DNA of 64,000 nt from Eledone cirrhosa (GCA_964016885.1 OZ024741.1:33108001-33172000), one strand, 5' to 3'. Counted from the first letter of the stretch, positions 42,180-57,227 are shown. Made by a program: numbers and translations. Notes: generated by a model not told the origin, from the letters alone.

Positions 42180-45100
42180 ATATGGAAGGTCATCTTCAGA
42201 GGCTAAGAGAAAGAAAACAGCGATCTGAAGAAAGTGAAGAAGTTCGGCATGCCCGTCTAGCTGCTAACAGAGCCCAAACAGCTTTAGCACGAGCTGATGG
42301 GTGCTTTTTATTATGACCCCCAAAAGGACTACAGCAGTAATCTAAAAAATAAACATTGGGAAAATGAACAAATTCTGCCAGTATTGTGGTGCCAAGAAGT
42401 AGGCAGCAGAAACATCAAGTCTATGCTGCTCAAAAGGCAAAGTGAGCCTTAAAACAATACAAGAACCTCCTGAATTTCTGAAGAATATGTTCCTTCAGCA
42501 TACACCAGAAACACGACACTTCAATAAATACAACATAAAATATAATTCTGCCTTTCAAATGACATCTTCTGTGGCTGACAGTAATGTGACTGACTTTAGA
42601 TTCTGTACAACTTATAAAATTCAGGGACAGTGTTACCATTTAATGGGTGGCCTTCTGCCACTTTCACAGGAGCCTCACAAATTTGTGCAGGTTTATTTCA
42701 TGGGTGGAAATGAAACACAGGCACAACAAAGATGTACAAATGTCCATGGTGGATTGCAGTTCTACATAGTCATAAAGTTACAAGAAATGCTTCACCAACA
42801 TCACATGTAGGTCAGTGTATTTAAATATGCACTGGAGAATATGAACAACACCAGAGATCGTAAAATCATCATTAGGGCAGACAAACGCCTAGCTTCAGAA
42901 CATGAAAGCATATTCAACGCACCTGTCACTGATGAAGTTGCAATCATAATGGTTGATGAACAGCATGAACGACGTGACATTGTTTTGCAAAAACGAAGTG
43001 GACATTTTGAGCGAATTTGTGAAACTCATAGAGCCTATGATTCACTCCAATATCAGCTTATCTTTTGGAATGGTCAAGATGGATATCATTTTCAGTTACG
43101 GCAAATCAGCCCAGGAACAGGACAAGAAACTGGCGATCAATCAGCTGCAAAGAAATCTATGCTTCTCATTTCATGGTACATGATCACTTCAACCAAGTTC
43201 TGCGATTCAAAGAAATAACCAGCCAGTTCATGGTGGACATGTATGCCAAAATTGATACAGAAAGATTGGGTTTTCTGCGAAGGAATCAAACTAAGTTGAG
43301 GGCAGATAACTACATCCACCTTAGAGATGCCATCAATTCTGATGTTGACCCAAGAATTATTGGCCAGCCAGTCATACTACCATCAAGCTACACGGGAGGA
43401 CCACGTTACATGCATGAACGTACGCAAGACACAGTGGCCTATGTAAGAAAATTTGGTCGGCCAGCTCTCTTCATTACATTTACATGCAATTCAAACTGGT
43501 CAGAAATATAAAATGAATTATTTCAAAATCAAAAACCAAAGGGTCGACATGACTTCATTAGTCGGGTTTTCCATGAAAAGCAAAAAAAAACTCATCTGGC
43601 TCCTAAAAGAAGGAAGAATCTTTGGTGAGCTTAGTTCTTGGATGACCACTAGTAAGTGGCAGAAGAGAGGTCTTCCTCACTCGCACACACTAATCTGGTG
43701 CAAGGAGAAGATAATACCAGGTGATGTTGATAAGATCATTTCAGCAGAGTTGCCTGATAAGGGTGGTGATCCAGTGCTCTTTGAAACCATCAAGTCCAAA
43801 CTCATTCATGGTCCATGTGAAGTCATCAACCATTATCTTAGAGCATTTATTCGGGAAACTCGGACTGACAATAATGGATACCCCCTTTATCGTAGGCCTA
43901 GACCAGAACATGGAGGCAATACTGCAAGCCTAATAGTTCGAGGAGAGGAGCTGACCATAAAAAATCAATGGGTCGTCCCACACAACAAATTGTTGTGTAA
44001 ACTTTTAAAAGCTCATATCAATGTTGAGTATTGCAGCTCCGTCAAGGCAATCCTATATGTCACAAAATATATCATCAAGGGCAGTGACATGGCTACCTTT
44101 ATTACTGACAAAGAACTAAATGATGGTGGGCTGGATGAGGTCAAACGGTATCAAACAGGTCGATACATCTCCAGCAATAAAGCTATCTGGCGAATCTTTG
44201 GATTTGATATCCACTAACGCCACCCAACAGTGGTCAACATCGCAGTTCATCTGGAAAATGGTCAGAAAGTGTACTTCACTGAGATCACTGCTCATCGGTT
44301 GGCACAAGCATCACATGACACTACACTAACTGCTTTCTTTAAATTCTGCCAGAATGATGAATTTGCTCGATCCTCCTATATGCTGAAGTCCCAACATATT
44401 ACACCTGGACCAATTGCAAGACCTGGAATCGAACAAAGCAGGGTCATTTAGTGGGAGGTCATGAAGTCAAGTCAAGTGATGCTATTGGGCGTGTTTACAA
44501 TGTCCATCCCAACAACAGAGAATGTCTTTATTTACGGCTACTTCTGCATACTGTTCGAGGACCAACGTCATTGGAGGATCTTAGGTGCTTCAGAGGAAGG
44601 GAGTGTGCAACATACCAAGAAGCATGTAAACAGCATGGACTCCTGCATGGCAATGGACACTGGAAGAAGTGCCTAGAAGAAGTAGCAATCACTCAAGTAG
44701 CCAGTTAAATAAGACAATTATTTGCTATTATGCTCATAGCATGTGGAATTGATGAAGCTCATCTACTCTGGCAGGAGTACAAAAACAATATGTCGGACGA
44801 CTATCTACACCTAGCCCGAAGACATCATGGCAATATGTATATGGAATATACCCCCAGGATTTACAATCAAGCTCTCTGTGACCTGTCCCATCGAATTCAG
44901 GCAATGTATAGCACATTGGCTAACTGTGGGATGCCAGAGCCAGATGAAGAAATGGAGGTAGCACAAGACATTTTTCAGGAGACAAACTACGATATTCAAA
45001 CATTGCGTAAGTTTGTGGATGAAAATGAACCTCGATTGATGGATGACCAGAAATACGCCTACCACAACATCATAGAAGACATTCAAGATGGCAGGGGAGG

Positions 45101-46282
45101 ACTTTTCTTCATCGATGCTTCTTCTGGCACAGGCAAGACATTCCTCATAAAGTTCGCCAAAAGCAACATATTTCCCGTGCTGTCGCTTCAAGTGGCATTG
45201 CAACAACACTTCTGGATGGAGGAAGAACTGCACACTCCATGTTTAAGCTGCCCATAGATCTCTCACGGCATGAACAATCTTTTTGCAACATCAAGAAGAA
45301 CTCACCCAAGGGCAAGCTTCTGCAAACATGCAAGATGATAATTTGGGATGAAGCTACTATGAGCCATAAAGGAGCAATTGAAGCTTTGGACGATAAGGGA
45401 TCTGAGAGAAAATAGTTGCGTAATGGGAGGAGTGACAATGGTTCTTGCTGGTGATTTCAGACAAACTCTGCCTGTAAATCTTCGAGGGACTCAAGCTGAT
45501 CAGGTCAATGCCTGTCTGAAAACATCCTATCTCTGGCCCCGCTTTCAGCTGCTGAGCCTTACAACCAACATGCGAGTGCACTTAACTGGTGACGAAGGTG
45601 TCAGTGAGTTTGCCATCCAACTACTTAAATTGGGAAATGGACTTCTTGAAAAGGACTCCAATGACCATATTCAGTTGTCATTTGGCCATATCATTGACAC
45701 AGAACAAGAACTGATTGCCAGAGTGTTTCCAAACATTCAGACCAGGCAATGTGATCTGAAATGGCTCTGTGAACGAGCAATCTTAGCACCTAAAAATGGT
45801 GCTGTGAAAGAAATCAACAGAAGGCTGCTGGAGATGTTACCGGGAGAGAAAATATGCTACAAATCAGTTGACACAATCACTTCTCAAGACCAGGTTGTAA
45901 ACTATCCAACTGAATTTTTGAACAGTCTTGAACAAACGGGAATTCCTCCACACAACCTGATACTGAATCTTGGAGCAACGGTTATGCTACTTCGCAATCT
46001 GGATCCTCCAAAACTTTATAATTGCACAAGACTCATCATCAAAACTATGATGTCCAATCTTCTAGAAGCTGCAATCATGTCAGGACAATTTGCCGGTGAC
46101 AATTGTTTCATTCCCAGAATACCTCTGAAGCCAACTGATTTGCCATTTGAATTTCAAAGACTTCAATTTCCGATCAGGCTCAGTTTGCCATGACCTTTAA
46201 TAAATTTCAAAGGCACTCATTGAAAGTCGTTGGGTTGAATCTGGCAGATCCTGTCTTTTCACATGGTTAACTCTATGTTGGC
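42180..46282 (+). pseudogene. Helitron A: Rep (HUH) + Pif1-family helicase, degenerate
   Basis: YNSAFQMTS, ILPSSYTGGPRYM, LFITFTCN, WQKRGLPHSH, HINVEYC, YVTKY, GTGKTF, LAGDFRQTLP, RAILAPKN, RLQFPIRL. Confidence 0.93.
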
Positions 46283-49237
46283 ACAACAAGGGATGCTGTG
46301 ACCTACGTACGACATTACGGAAGGCCCGATCTGTTCATCACATTCACTTGCAATCCAAAGTTTAAGGAGATCGGGGCAGAACTGTTCCAAGAGCAACAGG
46401 CCAAAGACAGGCAACCTCATGGCCTGAGTCTTTCGGCTGAAGCTTATCAATCTTATGGAGCTCATCAAGAGAGGGGAAGTCTTTGGCCCAGTAAAGTGCG
46501 ACATGTACACCCTAGAGTGGCAGAAGAAGGACGCCCACAATCCTCATTTGGCTGTCAACAAAAAATCTTCAAATGACATTGACAGCATCATCTCCGCAGA
46601 GTTTCCCGATCCGTCTATAGACAAAAACCTCTATTACATAGTGAAGACAAACATGGTCCATGGTCCATGTGGGCGGGGTTTCAATTTAAGCTCACCCTGC
46701 TTGAACGACAATGTCTGCAGCAAAAGATTTCCCCGAAAGTTCCTCCAAGAAACCCAGACTGGCGTTGACGGATACCCACTGTACAGGAAAACGCCAGCCC
46801 GGAGACGGTGGTTTTACAGCAACAGTTGGACAGCACGAGGTCGACAACAGATGGATAGTGCCATACTGCCCATTTCTTTCCATTTCTGCCCAATTTCTGT
46901 GCTCACATCAATGTCGAGTTCTGTAATTCCGTCAAGTCAATCAAGTACATATGTAAATATGTGAATAAGGGTTCAGACGCTGCTATGTTCGGTCTTCAAC
47001 AGGACAACAGCCGTGATGAGGTCACGCAATACCAAGTTGGCCGTTACATCAGCATCAACGAGGCTTTCTGGCGTATTTTCGGCTTCCCTATACACCAAAG
47101 GCACCTTGCAATTGAACAGCTCGCAGTCCACCTGAAGAACGGTCAAAGGGTGTACTTCACTGACGTAAACCACCCTCACTGCATTCTTCAAACTTTGTCA
47201 AGTCGATTCATTTGCTCAAACCCTGCTGTATCCTCAGGTGTCGTCCTATTACACATGGAATAAACCAGAATGGGTTTGCAGAAAAGCAGGTCAGCCTGTT
47301 GATGGACATAAAGTTTGAGAGTTGCCTAGGGAGAGTTTACACAGTGCACCCGAACTAGCATGAGTGCTTCTACCTCTGTCTTCTGCTACATGCGGTAACA
47401 GGACCCCAGTCCTTTCATGACCTTAGAACTACCTACGGTTCCATGTGCAGCACTTACAGGGAAGCTTGCTTCAAGCGCGGCCTGCTAGAAGAAGGTGCGC
47501 AGTGGGATGCCACTTCATTCGAAGCTGTTGCATTTCAATCTCCTATGCGCCTACGAGCTCTATTTGCAGTACTGCTGCAAACTTGCGAACTGAGTAATCC
47601 TATCTCTTTGTGGCTCAAGTATAAAGATGACTTATCCGAGGACTACAAATGTCAGGCGCAAGTGCAATACCCTGAGATGGAACGTACCAGCGACGAGTTC
47701 TTCAATCTAGAGTTGATTGACATAGAGGATAGAGTTACATCACACGGCGGAAATTATTTGCCCTCACATGGTCTGCCCCAAACACTCCGTACAAGGTCAA
47801 ACGTACTTCCTACAGCTCTTCACCGAGAAACGTCCTACAACGTCGATGCTCTTACCAAGTGCGTCCTTGAAACTGAACCACAACTTCTTCCGGACCAACG
47901 TCGTGCTTACACCATTGTTGCCGACCATGTGCGCTACAGAAAAGGAGGTATGTTCTTTCTGGATGCTCCTGCAGGGACGGGAAAAACATTTTTAACGAGA
48001 CTCCTCCTTGAAAAAGTCAGGATGCACAAGGACATTGCGGTTGCTGTTGCCTCTTCTGGAATTGCTGCCACTTTATTGCCCGGTGGCAGCACCGCACACT
48101 CCAGTTTTAAATTGCCTCTCAATTTAACAACGTCAGAAATGCCTACTTGCAGCATCAGCAAGACCTCATACCAGGGCCAAGTCCTAAAACGATGTCAGCT
48201 CATTGTCTGGGATGAGTGCACCATGGCCCATAAGAGAGCTCTGGACACATTAAATAGAGCTCTAAAGGACATTAGAGGCTGCCAGGCTCCCATGGGAGAT
48301 GTTATGCTGCTGCTTTCGGGTGACTTCAGGTAGACTCTTCCCGTCATTCCCAAAGGCACAAAAGCAGATGAGGTCCAAGCATGCCTAAAGTCCTCTCCTC
48401 TGGCGCCATGTCAGGACACTGATTCTTACAACCAACATGAGAGCTCAATTACACGGCGACCAAACGTCCGTGGAATTTGCACAGTACATTTTGAAACTTG
48501 ACGACGGCAAAATACCTCTGGACGTTGCAGGAGAGCTGGAAGTGTGGCCATTTTCGACCTCAGTTAATTCTGCGGGGGAGCTGAAACACAAAGTGTTTCC
48601 AGATTTGAGAGACAATGACCAGAACCACGCATGGTTGTGTGAAAGAGCAGTGCTAGCTCCAAAAAACGTCGCTGTTAACAGAACAAACGACCAACTACTG
48701 CACTCCCTTCCTGGTGTTCTTCACATTTACAAATCTGTTGACACGATGCCAGATCCCAATGAAGTGGTGAACTTTCCGCCGGAGTTCCTCAATTCTTTGG
48801 AGCCCCCAGGACTACCGCTTCACAAGCTTCTCCTTAAAGTTAGCACCACTGTAATGCTGCTGCGGAATTTGGAACCACCAAGACTGTGCAACGGGACACG
48901 GCTGGCTATAAAAAAGTTGATGGCACATGTAATCGAGGCAACAATCCTTTCTGGGTGCGAAAAAGGTGATGATGTCTTCATTCCGAGAATTCCTCTCATT
49001 CTTTCGGGAGCAGAAATTCCGTTCACTTTCCGAAGACTCCAATTTCCGCTTCGGGTCAGTTTTGCTATGTCCATCAACAAGTCCCAGGCCCAGACTCTTT
49101 CTGTGGCTGGACTTCTTCTGGAAGAACCGTGTTTCTCCCACGGACAATTGTACGTTGGGTGCTCTAGAGTGGGCAGTCTTTTCGCATTTGCACGCCGAGG
49201 AAAAACAAGAAACATCGTTTACAATGAGGTGTTGTAA
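46283..49237 (+). pseudogene. Helitron B (different family): Rep + Pif1-family helicase, 5'-truncated, degenerate
   Basis: YGRPDLFITFTCNP, MVHGPCG, DAPAGTGKTF, ASSGIAATLL, IVWDECTM, GDFR, LCNGTRL, RLQFPLRVSFAMSINKSQ, FSHGQLYVGCSRV, TRNIVYNEVL-stop. Confidence 0.94.
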
Positions 49238-50480
49238 ATGCAACAGCGAGGAGATAGGTCCGTAATCACCATTTCTTTAGCCAGCCTGGTGAGCTTTTAA
49301 AGAGTCTCTTAACTAAAACGTATGTTTCCCTCGGTTTAAGGTGATCGCCTTCAGAGCGGAACCCAGCTTGACATCGGCGCGGTATTTTAAGGCGGCTGAA
49401 CAAATCGTGTACGCATACAGAGTCATTCTTATGGCTGCCAATGAACGCAACTGAAGTCTTTTTGCGGCCGTTGGAGAACGCAGTCAAAGTCCTTTCAAGG
49501 GCTGCAAGTGAACGATCAAACGGCCCTTTTTAGGGCCGAAATTGTTGATGGTGACCCCTCATTTTTAGGGCTGTCAGTGAACGCACACACAACTCTATTT
49601 AAGGGACCCTACTTGAAATTGTTTGACGGCTACCGCAATGGTAAATTCAAATCCGCTAAAACAGTGTTATAAGCGCTACAGTGGACAGACAGGTACGTTA
49701 TCGCTCTTCTTAACAAGCCCGGTTTACCTTTACCTATTTTTCCTAACAACATTTGCTTCCTTTGGTTAAAGGTGAACACACACACAACCCTTTCTTAGCA
49801 CCTCCCCCCCCCCCCCTGTGCGTCTCCCTTGCCGTCCTCCGGTGAAACGCCTTCTCGATTCTGTCCGCCGGGGCTGTGGGGAGGCCACCAATATGATTGA
49901 CTGACTTGTCAACTCCCTTTTGCATCAATGGCCAACCACAAAAGGCTGGTTATAGAAAGTGTAGCATTAATGGCCGTGCCCCAGCATGACCACAGCCTCT
50001 CGTCTAGAACACGTATTAGAGTAATAAGGTAATACGTCGCTTGAAAAGAAGCAGCAACCTCTAACAGTAAATTTTTATATATATATATTTCTATTTTCTT
50101 AGAGCGTTTTTTCAGGACCCAGACAACCACAATGGAGGCGAAAGAAAGTGTAGTATCAGTGGTAGTGCCCCAGCATGGTCACACGTCCTCGGCTGGAACA
50201 CATAATAGAATAATAATAGAATAACAATATAACAGTTTGTGTGTATTTTATTTCATCTAGTGATTTATAAACGATGTAATTGCTTTAATTGTTTGGTCTC
50301 CAGAACGTCTTATATCCAGCCGACCTATCCCAAAAATTCTCATTCTATACACTTTAGTTATATGTTATATACCTCTTTTTATATTCGTTTTATACACTCT
50401 TTTTATTATAATCGTGCTTATCAGCACAATTGCTTCTATTTGTTTATTTATCTCATCACTCCTTTATTTATCTATACCTT

Positions 50481-50643
<163 letters not shown>

Positions 50644-50805
50644 GAGAAAGAGAGAGATAGTCATATATACATGTATATATACTGTTATATACAGCCCGTT
50701 GCTAAATCAACAGTATTGTTTACAGATGTGTGCAATATTTCGCGTGAAGATCGCAAGTTATAAATAGTAGCCAATCGGAAGGTGAATCTTGATTAGTGAG
50801 ATTTA

Positions 50806-50834
<29 letters not shown>

Positions 50835-50836
<2 letters not shown>

Positions 50837-51126
50837 AATTGAGTATATGTTGGTTGTTTACCGACACCTCAGTATGCAGATTGGAGCACTCGACGAAGTA
50901 CGCAAGTTGGTTTGTTTATTCCGGAGTAATGTAAAATAATTAAGTCTAATATGTAAAATTTGGCTTCATTTATTATAAATTAAAAATTACTGCTATATAT
51001 ATTTCGGTGACAGCAATTCGGACTGCCTGAAGAGGTCACAGCCAATGATGGCTGTCTCCGAAATATATATAGCAGTAATTTTTAATTTATAATAAACGAA
51101 GCCAAATTTTACATATTTGACTTAAT

Positions 51127-51132
<6 letters not shown>
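50835..51132. mobile_element. Foldback plus tail with hammerhead, in (TA)n
   Basis: 50932-51014 is inverted at 51051-51132; the left copy stops within stem II. Confidence 0.82.
51022..51076 (+). ncRNA. Type I hammerhead ribozyme
   Basis: Stem I ACTGC/GCAGT; CTGAAGA; stem II GG..ACAGCCA/TGGCTGT..CC; GAAA; palindromic TATATA; AUA site. Confidence 0.85.
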
Positions 51133-51168
<36 letters not shown>

Positions 51169-51244
51169 GAAAACGAAAAATCAGTGATGCATCTGAACTC
51201 AATTTATTGTGTGTTACAATTGGAAGCATCTTAGCTACCTTCAG

Positions 51245-51283
<39 letters not shown>

Positions 51284-51599
51284 CATACATATACATAACA
51301 TACATACATGCATACATGCATACATACATACATACATACATACATACATACATACATACATACATGACTTAATTTGGATTTGTGGACAAAGAACGCAACT
51401 CCCTAATTCATAGACTACAAATAGCGGTGATATTTGGCACCTTCAAAATTTACAAAACATTCTTGCGATTCAAGGTATGACAATTTCTTTTCTTTTACAA
51501 CCGTACCACCAGGAAAGTATCCGGTCAAAATTGTACTCGAAATTAAGAGAAATAGAACATACATAGATACATACATACATAATGGCTACCCCCTCATAA

Positions 51600-52405
51600 T
51601 CAAGTATGGCCTTTGCACGAAAAAAAGAACACATATATTAATAATTTACGGTGCTGCGATCGAATGTGGCTTTTTAGCCCAGCCAATGATCTAAAATGTC
51701 TTGCACAGGGTTGGCAACCAAAACATTTCCCTGGCAATAGCCGTACGTGGTTGGACTTCATGTACTTTTGCATGTCGCTTGAGCCCTCCTGCTGATCTAG
51801 ACTCTCTACCACATGCTTGACAGGTATGATGAGTAGCATCTCCGACAGCAGCCTGGTAGTCAAACATTGGTCTCATTTTATGACTGCGAAAATGACTTTT
51901 GAGTCCAGCTTTATTGGGGCAGAGTCTCGCACAAACGCTGTATGTCAGTGCCTTAGGAGGACCTTTGCTGTCTGGAAATGTAACAACAATGCCTTTCCTC
52001 ACATCCCTTTTTACTTTCTCGTATGCGATTTGAGATGCTTTGAAACCAACTTTCCCCTCATATACAGTCTTTCTCCATTTATTGCGATCAGCAGCTACGC
52101 TTTCCCATGTATCAGCAGAGATGTTAGCATCTTTTTTGGTTTATGTGGCGGTCGTTTTCCCTTAACTAAATCTCCATAAAAGAGTTGTTTTGGTATTCTA
52201 GAATCCTTCATCCTGGCAAGGTGACCACTCCCTCGGAGTCTTTGCTTAAGCACAAGAGCTCCTGTGCTTTCACGCAGAGAGCTTTCCAAAATCTCGACAT
52301 CACTGATGCGGTCCCTCCAGTGAACGTCATGGATATGTCTGAGACACACCTGATGAAAACGTTCTAACTGTTTAAGGTGGTGTCGATATGTGACCCAACT
52401 CTTGC
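51600..52405 (-). mobile_element. RTE-clade LINE 3' fragment with three C2H2-like fingers
   Basis: LERFHQVCLR..WRDRISDVEIL..GHLARMKDSRIPKQLFYG; CARLCPNKAGLKSHFRSH, CQACGRESRSAGGLKRHAKVH, CQPCARHFRSLAGLKSHIRSQH. Confidence 0.85.
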
Positions 52406-52498
52406 AGACATACATACATGCATACATGCATACATACATACATACATACATACATACATACATACATACATACATACATACATACATACATACATACA

Positions 52499-52529
<31 letters not shown>

Positions 52530-52599
52530 TATGGAGGCTGAAAGGAAAATAATTAATAAAAGATTCAGCCGAAACAAAACATCAGTCTATAGGGATATG

Positions 52600-53400
52600 A
52601 AGGTCAACGTAATAAATGTCACAGAAATGTGTTTGGAGTTTGCCAAGCAACTACTAATTAACAAAACCGTGAGGTTTTGTGACAGAGGAGGAACATGGTT
52701 ACAGTTTGACTGGACTTGAGAAAAGCATTCGATTCTGTTTCCCCCTTTTGGATGATTGAGGCCCTCCGACATGCTAAAGTCCCAGACACCATTATCAGAG
52801 CCATACAGAACCAATATTTTTCTTGGGTCACACCCTAAATTTAAAAACAGAGAAGGAGAACTCTATTTTCACTGATAAAATAGAATATCACAGGGCAGTA
52901 TTTCAAGGAGACAGTCACTTGAACTCCTCTTTTCTGCTAAAATAAGGATACATAATTAGCTCACAGAAGGACAGGAATACAAACCTAACCAATAATTTAT
53001 TTGTGGATGACCTGAAACTTTATGCCAAGAACATAAATGGGATGAAGAAATACCTTGACCTGGTTACGACATTCTCGAAAGATATAGGAATGGAGTTTGA
53101 CCAGGATAAATGTTCATATATAATTGTATAGCAGGGAAAAACAACAAATCAATCTAGCAACATTTGTATCAATAGCCTGACTGTTTCACCAATATCTGAC
53201 GAGGGCTGCTACAGGTACTTAAGAATAGATGAAAATATATCCTATGATGGTATTTCTAACAAGGAACGTGTAACTAGGGAATATAACACCCGTATAAGAA
53301 AAAATAGGGTCTTCTGAAATTTCTGCGCAGAAATAAATCAATGGCCTACAATGTGTTTGTTATGACTGTTCTGACACTAGACAGTGGACGCGAGATGAAA
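52600..53400 (+). pseudogene. Non-LTR RT fragment, R4/R2-group-like
   Basis: Manual translation: LEKAFDSV (52716), VFQGDS (52898), LFVDDLKLYAK (52997), IGMEFDQDKC. Confidence 0.75.
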
Positions 53401-54092
53401 TCCGAGCTATCGATTAAGATACATCTCTGTCGAATTAATAAAAAATCTGCAGATACATCACCTTTGATAATAGGTTTAGATTTGTAACTGTGAACATTGG
53501 GGGACTAAAATATGTTAATAACTTCTTTTTCACACATCCTGAAAAGTTGGGGTTCACAAACCCCAAAAGAGCACGGATTATGTTACAGGTACAATTAACG
53601 AAACTAAAATTACTCTCGAGTCTTGAAGAATCGTCCCCCTACCAGATTATTAATTTTTCAGATTTTTTCCACCACCACCCAGGCCCTACTTATTAAATTT
53701 TGCTAACTAAGTCTGGGGAAATTTTATTTTAAGTGGTAGCATTCCTGTGACTATTAATTTTCTTTAGACATTATAAAACATTATACATGACAAAAAAATA
53801 TGTGAGACCTATTATTTGGGGCCCGAGAGTATATAAAACATTTAATAGGTTTTGCATGTAATAATTACATATACACACTTGCAGCTATAGGAACACATGT
53901 ATTTGTTCAAATATATCATTTAGAACATACAGATCCACACATGCAACAATATTCGTGCCTATACGTATACACACAAGTAGACAGACGTACATAATTAACT
54001 AGCTGATACCTAAATTCCAATGAAACGGCTTTGTTTCCGGATCAGAAATCAGACCTGTCACTATTGATGAGGAATTTCATGAATTAATCCAG

Positions 54093-54128
<36 letters not shown>

Positions 54129-54231
54129 ATAAAAATCCTATAAAAGGGTTAAGAGGGGGTCACCTTCTGATTATACGTTTGGTACCAAACGCTCCCAGTG
54201 ATACCAGTTGCCCTTGAGACATCCACGTAAT

Positions 54232-54417
54232 AATTGTTTCTACTTTTTGGCACAAGGCCAGCAATTACCCAGTGCATTATTGGTACTTTATTTTATCGAC
54301 CCCGTAAGGATGAAAGGCAAAGTTAATCTCGGCGGGATTTGAACTCAGACCATAAAGGGCCGTAACTCTTTGCTGCAAAGCATGGAGTCCGACCCTTTAC
54401 CGATACTGCTAATCCAT
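54232..54417 (-). mobile_element. SINE family A
   Basis: Same blocks as 23043-23220. Confidence 0.85.
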
Positions 54418-55274
54418 GTTCTAATAATATAGATTTATTAGAACTCTACGGAAGTCATATCTACACTCAACCCAATGTACAGTGTATCATATTATGTGGC
54501 GTTTGCTCTGAATAAATTTTTCTAGAAATCGCTGTTTGTCAAAGAACTTTAACTATGCACCTATGAATCTAAAGAGCTACGCTGAGTCCCCTTGTTCGCG
54601 TTCTTCCTTAACTATGTCATTTCCCACAGGAATCAGTTATAAGGCATGTTGCAAAACCTTGTGTTTCCGATTTCAAAAGCAATTATAAATAAATTAAATG
54701 ATATGAGGTTATTCAACATGTGATACTGCTTTTGGAAACTTTCCCTCCAAAACCTTTCCACAGGTCTCAGTAAAGTCATATTTAGTTTGTGGGATAGAAG
54801 ATACAACAGGTTTTGCTAGGATTTTTGATTCTTACACATGTTGATTTCATCTTAAAGAATAATAATCTTATTCCTGTGGAATTTTCTACCCCATCTGTAA
54901 AAGATATACTCTAACTTTCAGCATAAAACTATTGTCTTCATTGGCAGTTTATCTTTTTTCATTGAGAAGTCCCTTGATTTCCTTTTCTTCCAGCATGATG
55001 TTTTATTTATTTCCCAGATCATCCAAGGTTTCACGATAATATTTTGACAACGGTGTAAGCAGAAGAAAGGATGTTTTTTACGAGGAAAAATTTGATTTTG
55101 TAGGGTTTGTAGCACATGCAACTTCTATGTTTATATATTAATCTTTTAGCTTCATCACGAGACAATCTGTACATTTGACCTTACTCATAAAGAACATCAA
55201 CTTCTCAAAATCCATTGTGAAAATGATGAAAAAACAAAGGTTTCGCCCCAGCATATATATATATATATAAATAA

Positions 55275-55425
<151 letters not shown>

Positions 55426-56336
55426 ACATTTTTATTTCTCCTCTTTCCACATATTTTACCTGAATGTAAGGAGGAGACAAGCGTAGTAAGCTTTTTTCTG
55501 CCAAGCTTTGGCGTTTTCTTTGCCTTTCTTCTTCCAGTGAAAAATCATGTCCTCTAATTGGAAAAAATATAAAGACCTTACAAATGATTTATGTGTGACA
55601 GAACTTTTTTAATTATATTTTCGAAATATCTTCTACGTGGGTTTTCGCCAAATCACCTTGTCTCGTGGAGAAATAAATCTGAACGTAATTATCTTTTTGT
55701 ATCTTTTCATTTTTTTACATACAATCTTTTGACTCCCTGCTGACATATGACCGAAAGCTGCACCACTTCCAATTTATCAGCTACCATGTTAAATTCTAAA
55801 GTTATCAGTTCACATAAGGCTCTCATGTTTTTTATACTGGTTTAGTTGCAGTTATCATGATGTCGCTTCTGTCCCTATTGTTGCTACCGTTATTACCACC
55901 TATATCCGACGGGAGATTGAGAGAAGTTAAAAAGCATTAGACAAATTGGCTAGAGGTAATTAATTACGCTTCTGATTACCCTCTCAGTTCAAAAGCAGCT
56001 GAGGTCAAATTTGTTATTCATTTTGCTCTAGGTTCCTCAAAACAAAGTACCAGTCACGCAATGGGTCGATTTAATTGACAAATGTTTTGGCTTTGTGCCT
56101 ATGTTAAAAACGATTAATATTATCACCATCTTTCAACATTTTCATATAATTTTCTATTGACGAACAAATGTACCTCCTTCTTCATAAGATGTGTACAGCA
56201 TTGTTCTTTATTTGTGTACTTTAGAGTTTCTATGTTACACTGTTTTGCTTTGTTGTAAAGGTTTATTTTATTATTTCTTGTGTCTCTTACGTGTTTCATC
56301 TAGTTTTTATTGTAGGTATGTGCAGTGTTATTTGTG

Positions 56337-56600
56337 TTATTTTGTTAGATGGCGCTCCACTTGATATATGTTGCCAGTTTTGTCGGAATGGACGTGCACG
56401 GCATTAGAATCCTTAATAAAACGAATTCTATTCAACGGGTCCTGCTGGAAGGAATTGCTCCTATTCCGAAATTTGATACTCCGTATGAGTTCCAAGACAT
56501 CATTTTCGAAGGGTAGAAATGCTGGGTTACACGGAGGGTTATTATAGGTTTTAAACCAAAATTTATCCTGTTTGTTGTCCGCTTTTCGCCAACGCAACCT
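56337..56600 (-). pseudogene. PLE N-terminal fragment (second clade)
   Basis: RWRKA..FKT..PP..FENDVLELIRSIKFR..NSFQ..SDKTGNIY (DK motif that precedes PLE RT). Confidence 0.6.
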
Positions 56601-56668
56601 TCAATTACCTTTGTTTTTTATTTACTTCATTCTTAACTCTGAAGCCGAGAATCATTCGGTTTCCTAGT

Positions 56669-56945
56669 TAGAATTTTAGTCTACGACTTCAGTTATACCA
56701 TTTACGTGGTTTTGTCTTTGCGTACAATTGTTCTCCACGGTCCACATATGATGTATTATCTTCGTTTTTTCCGTTCATTGCCAGAAAACGTCTCTATGAA
56801 CCACCAAATAGAATATTAGTCTACGACTTCTTTTATACCATAAACGTGGTTTTGTTTTTGCGTGTAATTGTTTTTCACCGCTCCAAATATTGACGTATTA
56901 TATTCGTTTTTTCCTGTTCTTTGCCAGGGAATGTTTCCACGAACA
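56669..56945. repeat. Diverged 140-bp tandem duplication
   Basis: TAGAAT.TTAGTCTACGACTTC...TTGCCAG at 56669 and 56809. Confidence 0.8.
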
Positions 56946-57227
56946 AAGTATCGTCTTCCTGTCTTCCTCCGGTTGCAACGTTTTTCAAAATATTTACTTC
57001 TGCGTTCACAGATTGTTTTTTTTAGTTTCAGAAGATCCCGTTAAGAGTGAAAGCAGCGATTCTTTTCTTAAACGTTAATCTGAATAATATCTAAACATAG
57101 AAATGACCCAGCAGATAGGCAAATCAGAGAGGCAAGTGAAATAGAACTTAGAAGGCAAAAGCTAAACAGAAAAAATGAATGGAATAACAACAATACCCAA
57201 ACAAACAATACTGACTTAAGAGAAATA

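Noticed and set aside
47443-49237. Host PIF1 helicase gene
   Set aside because: It is intronless, fused to HUH Rep motifs and disrupted, so it is Helitron-derived.
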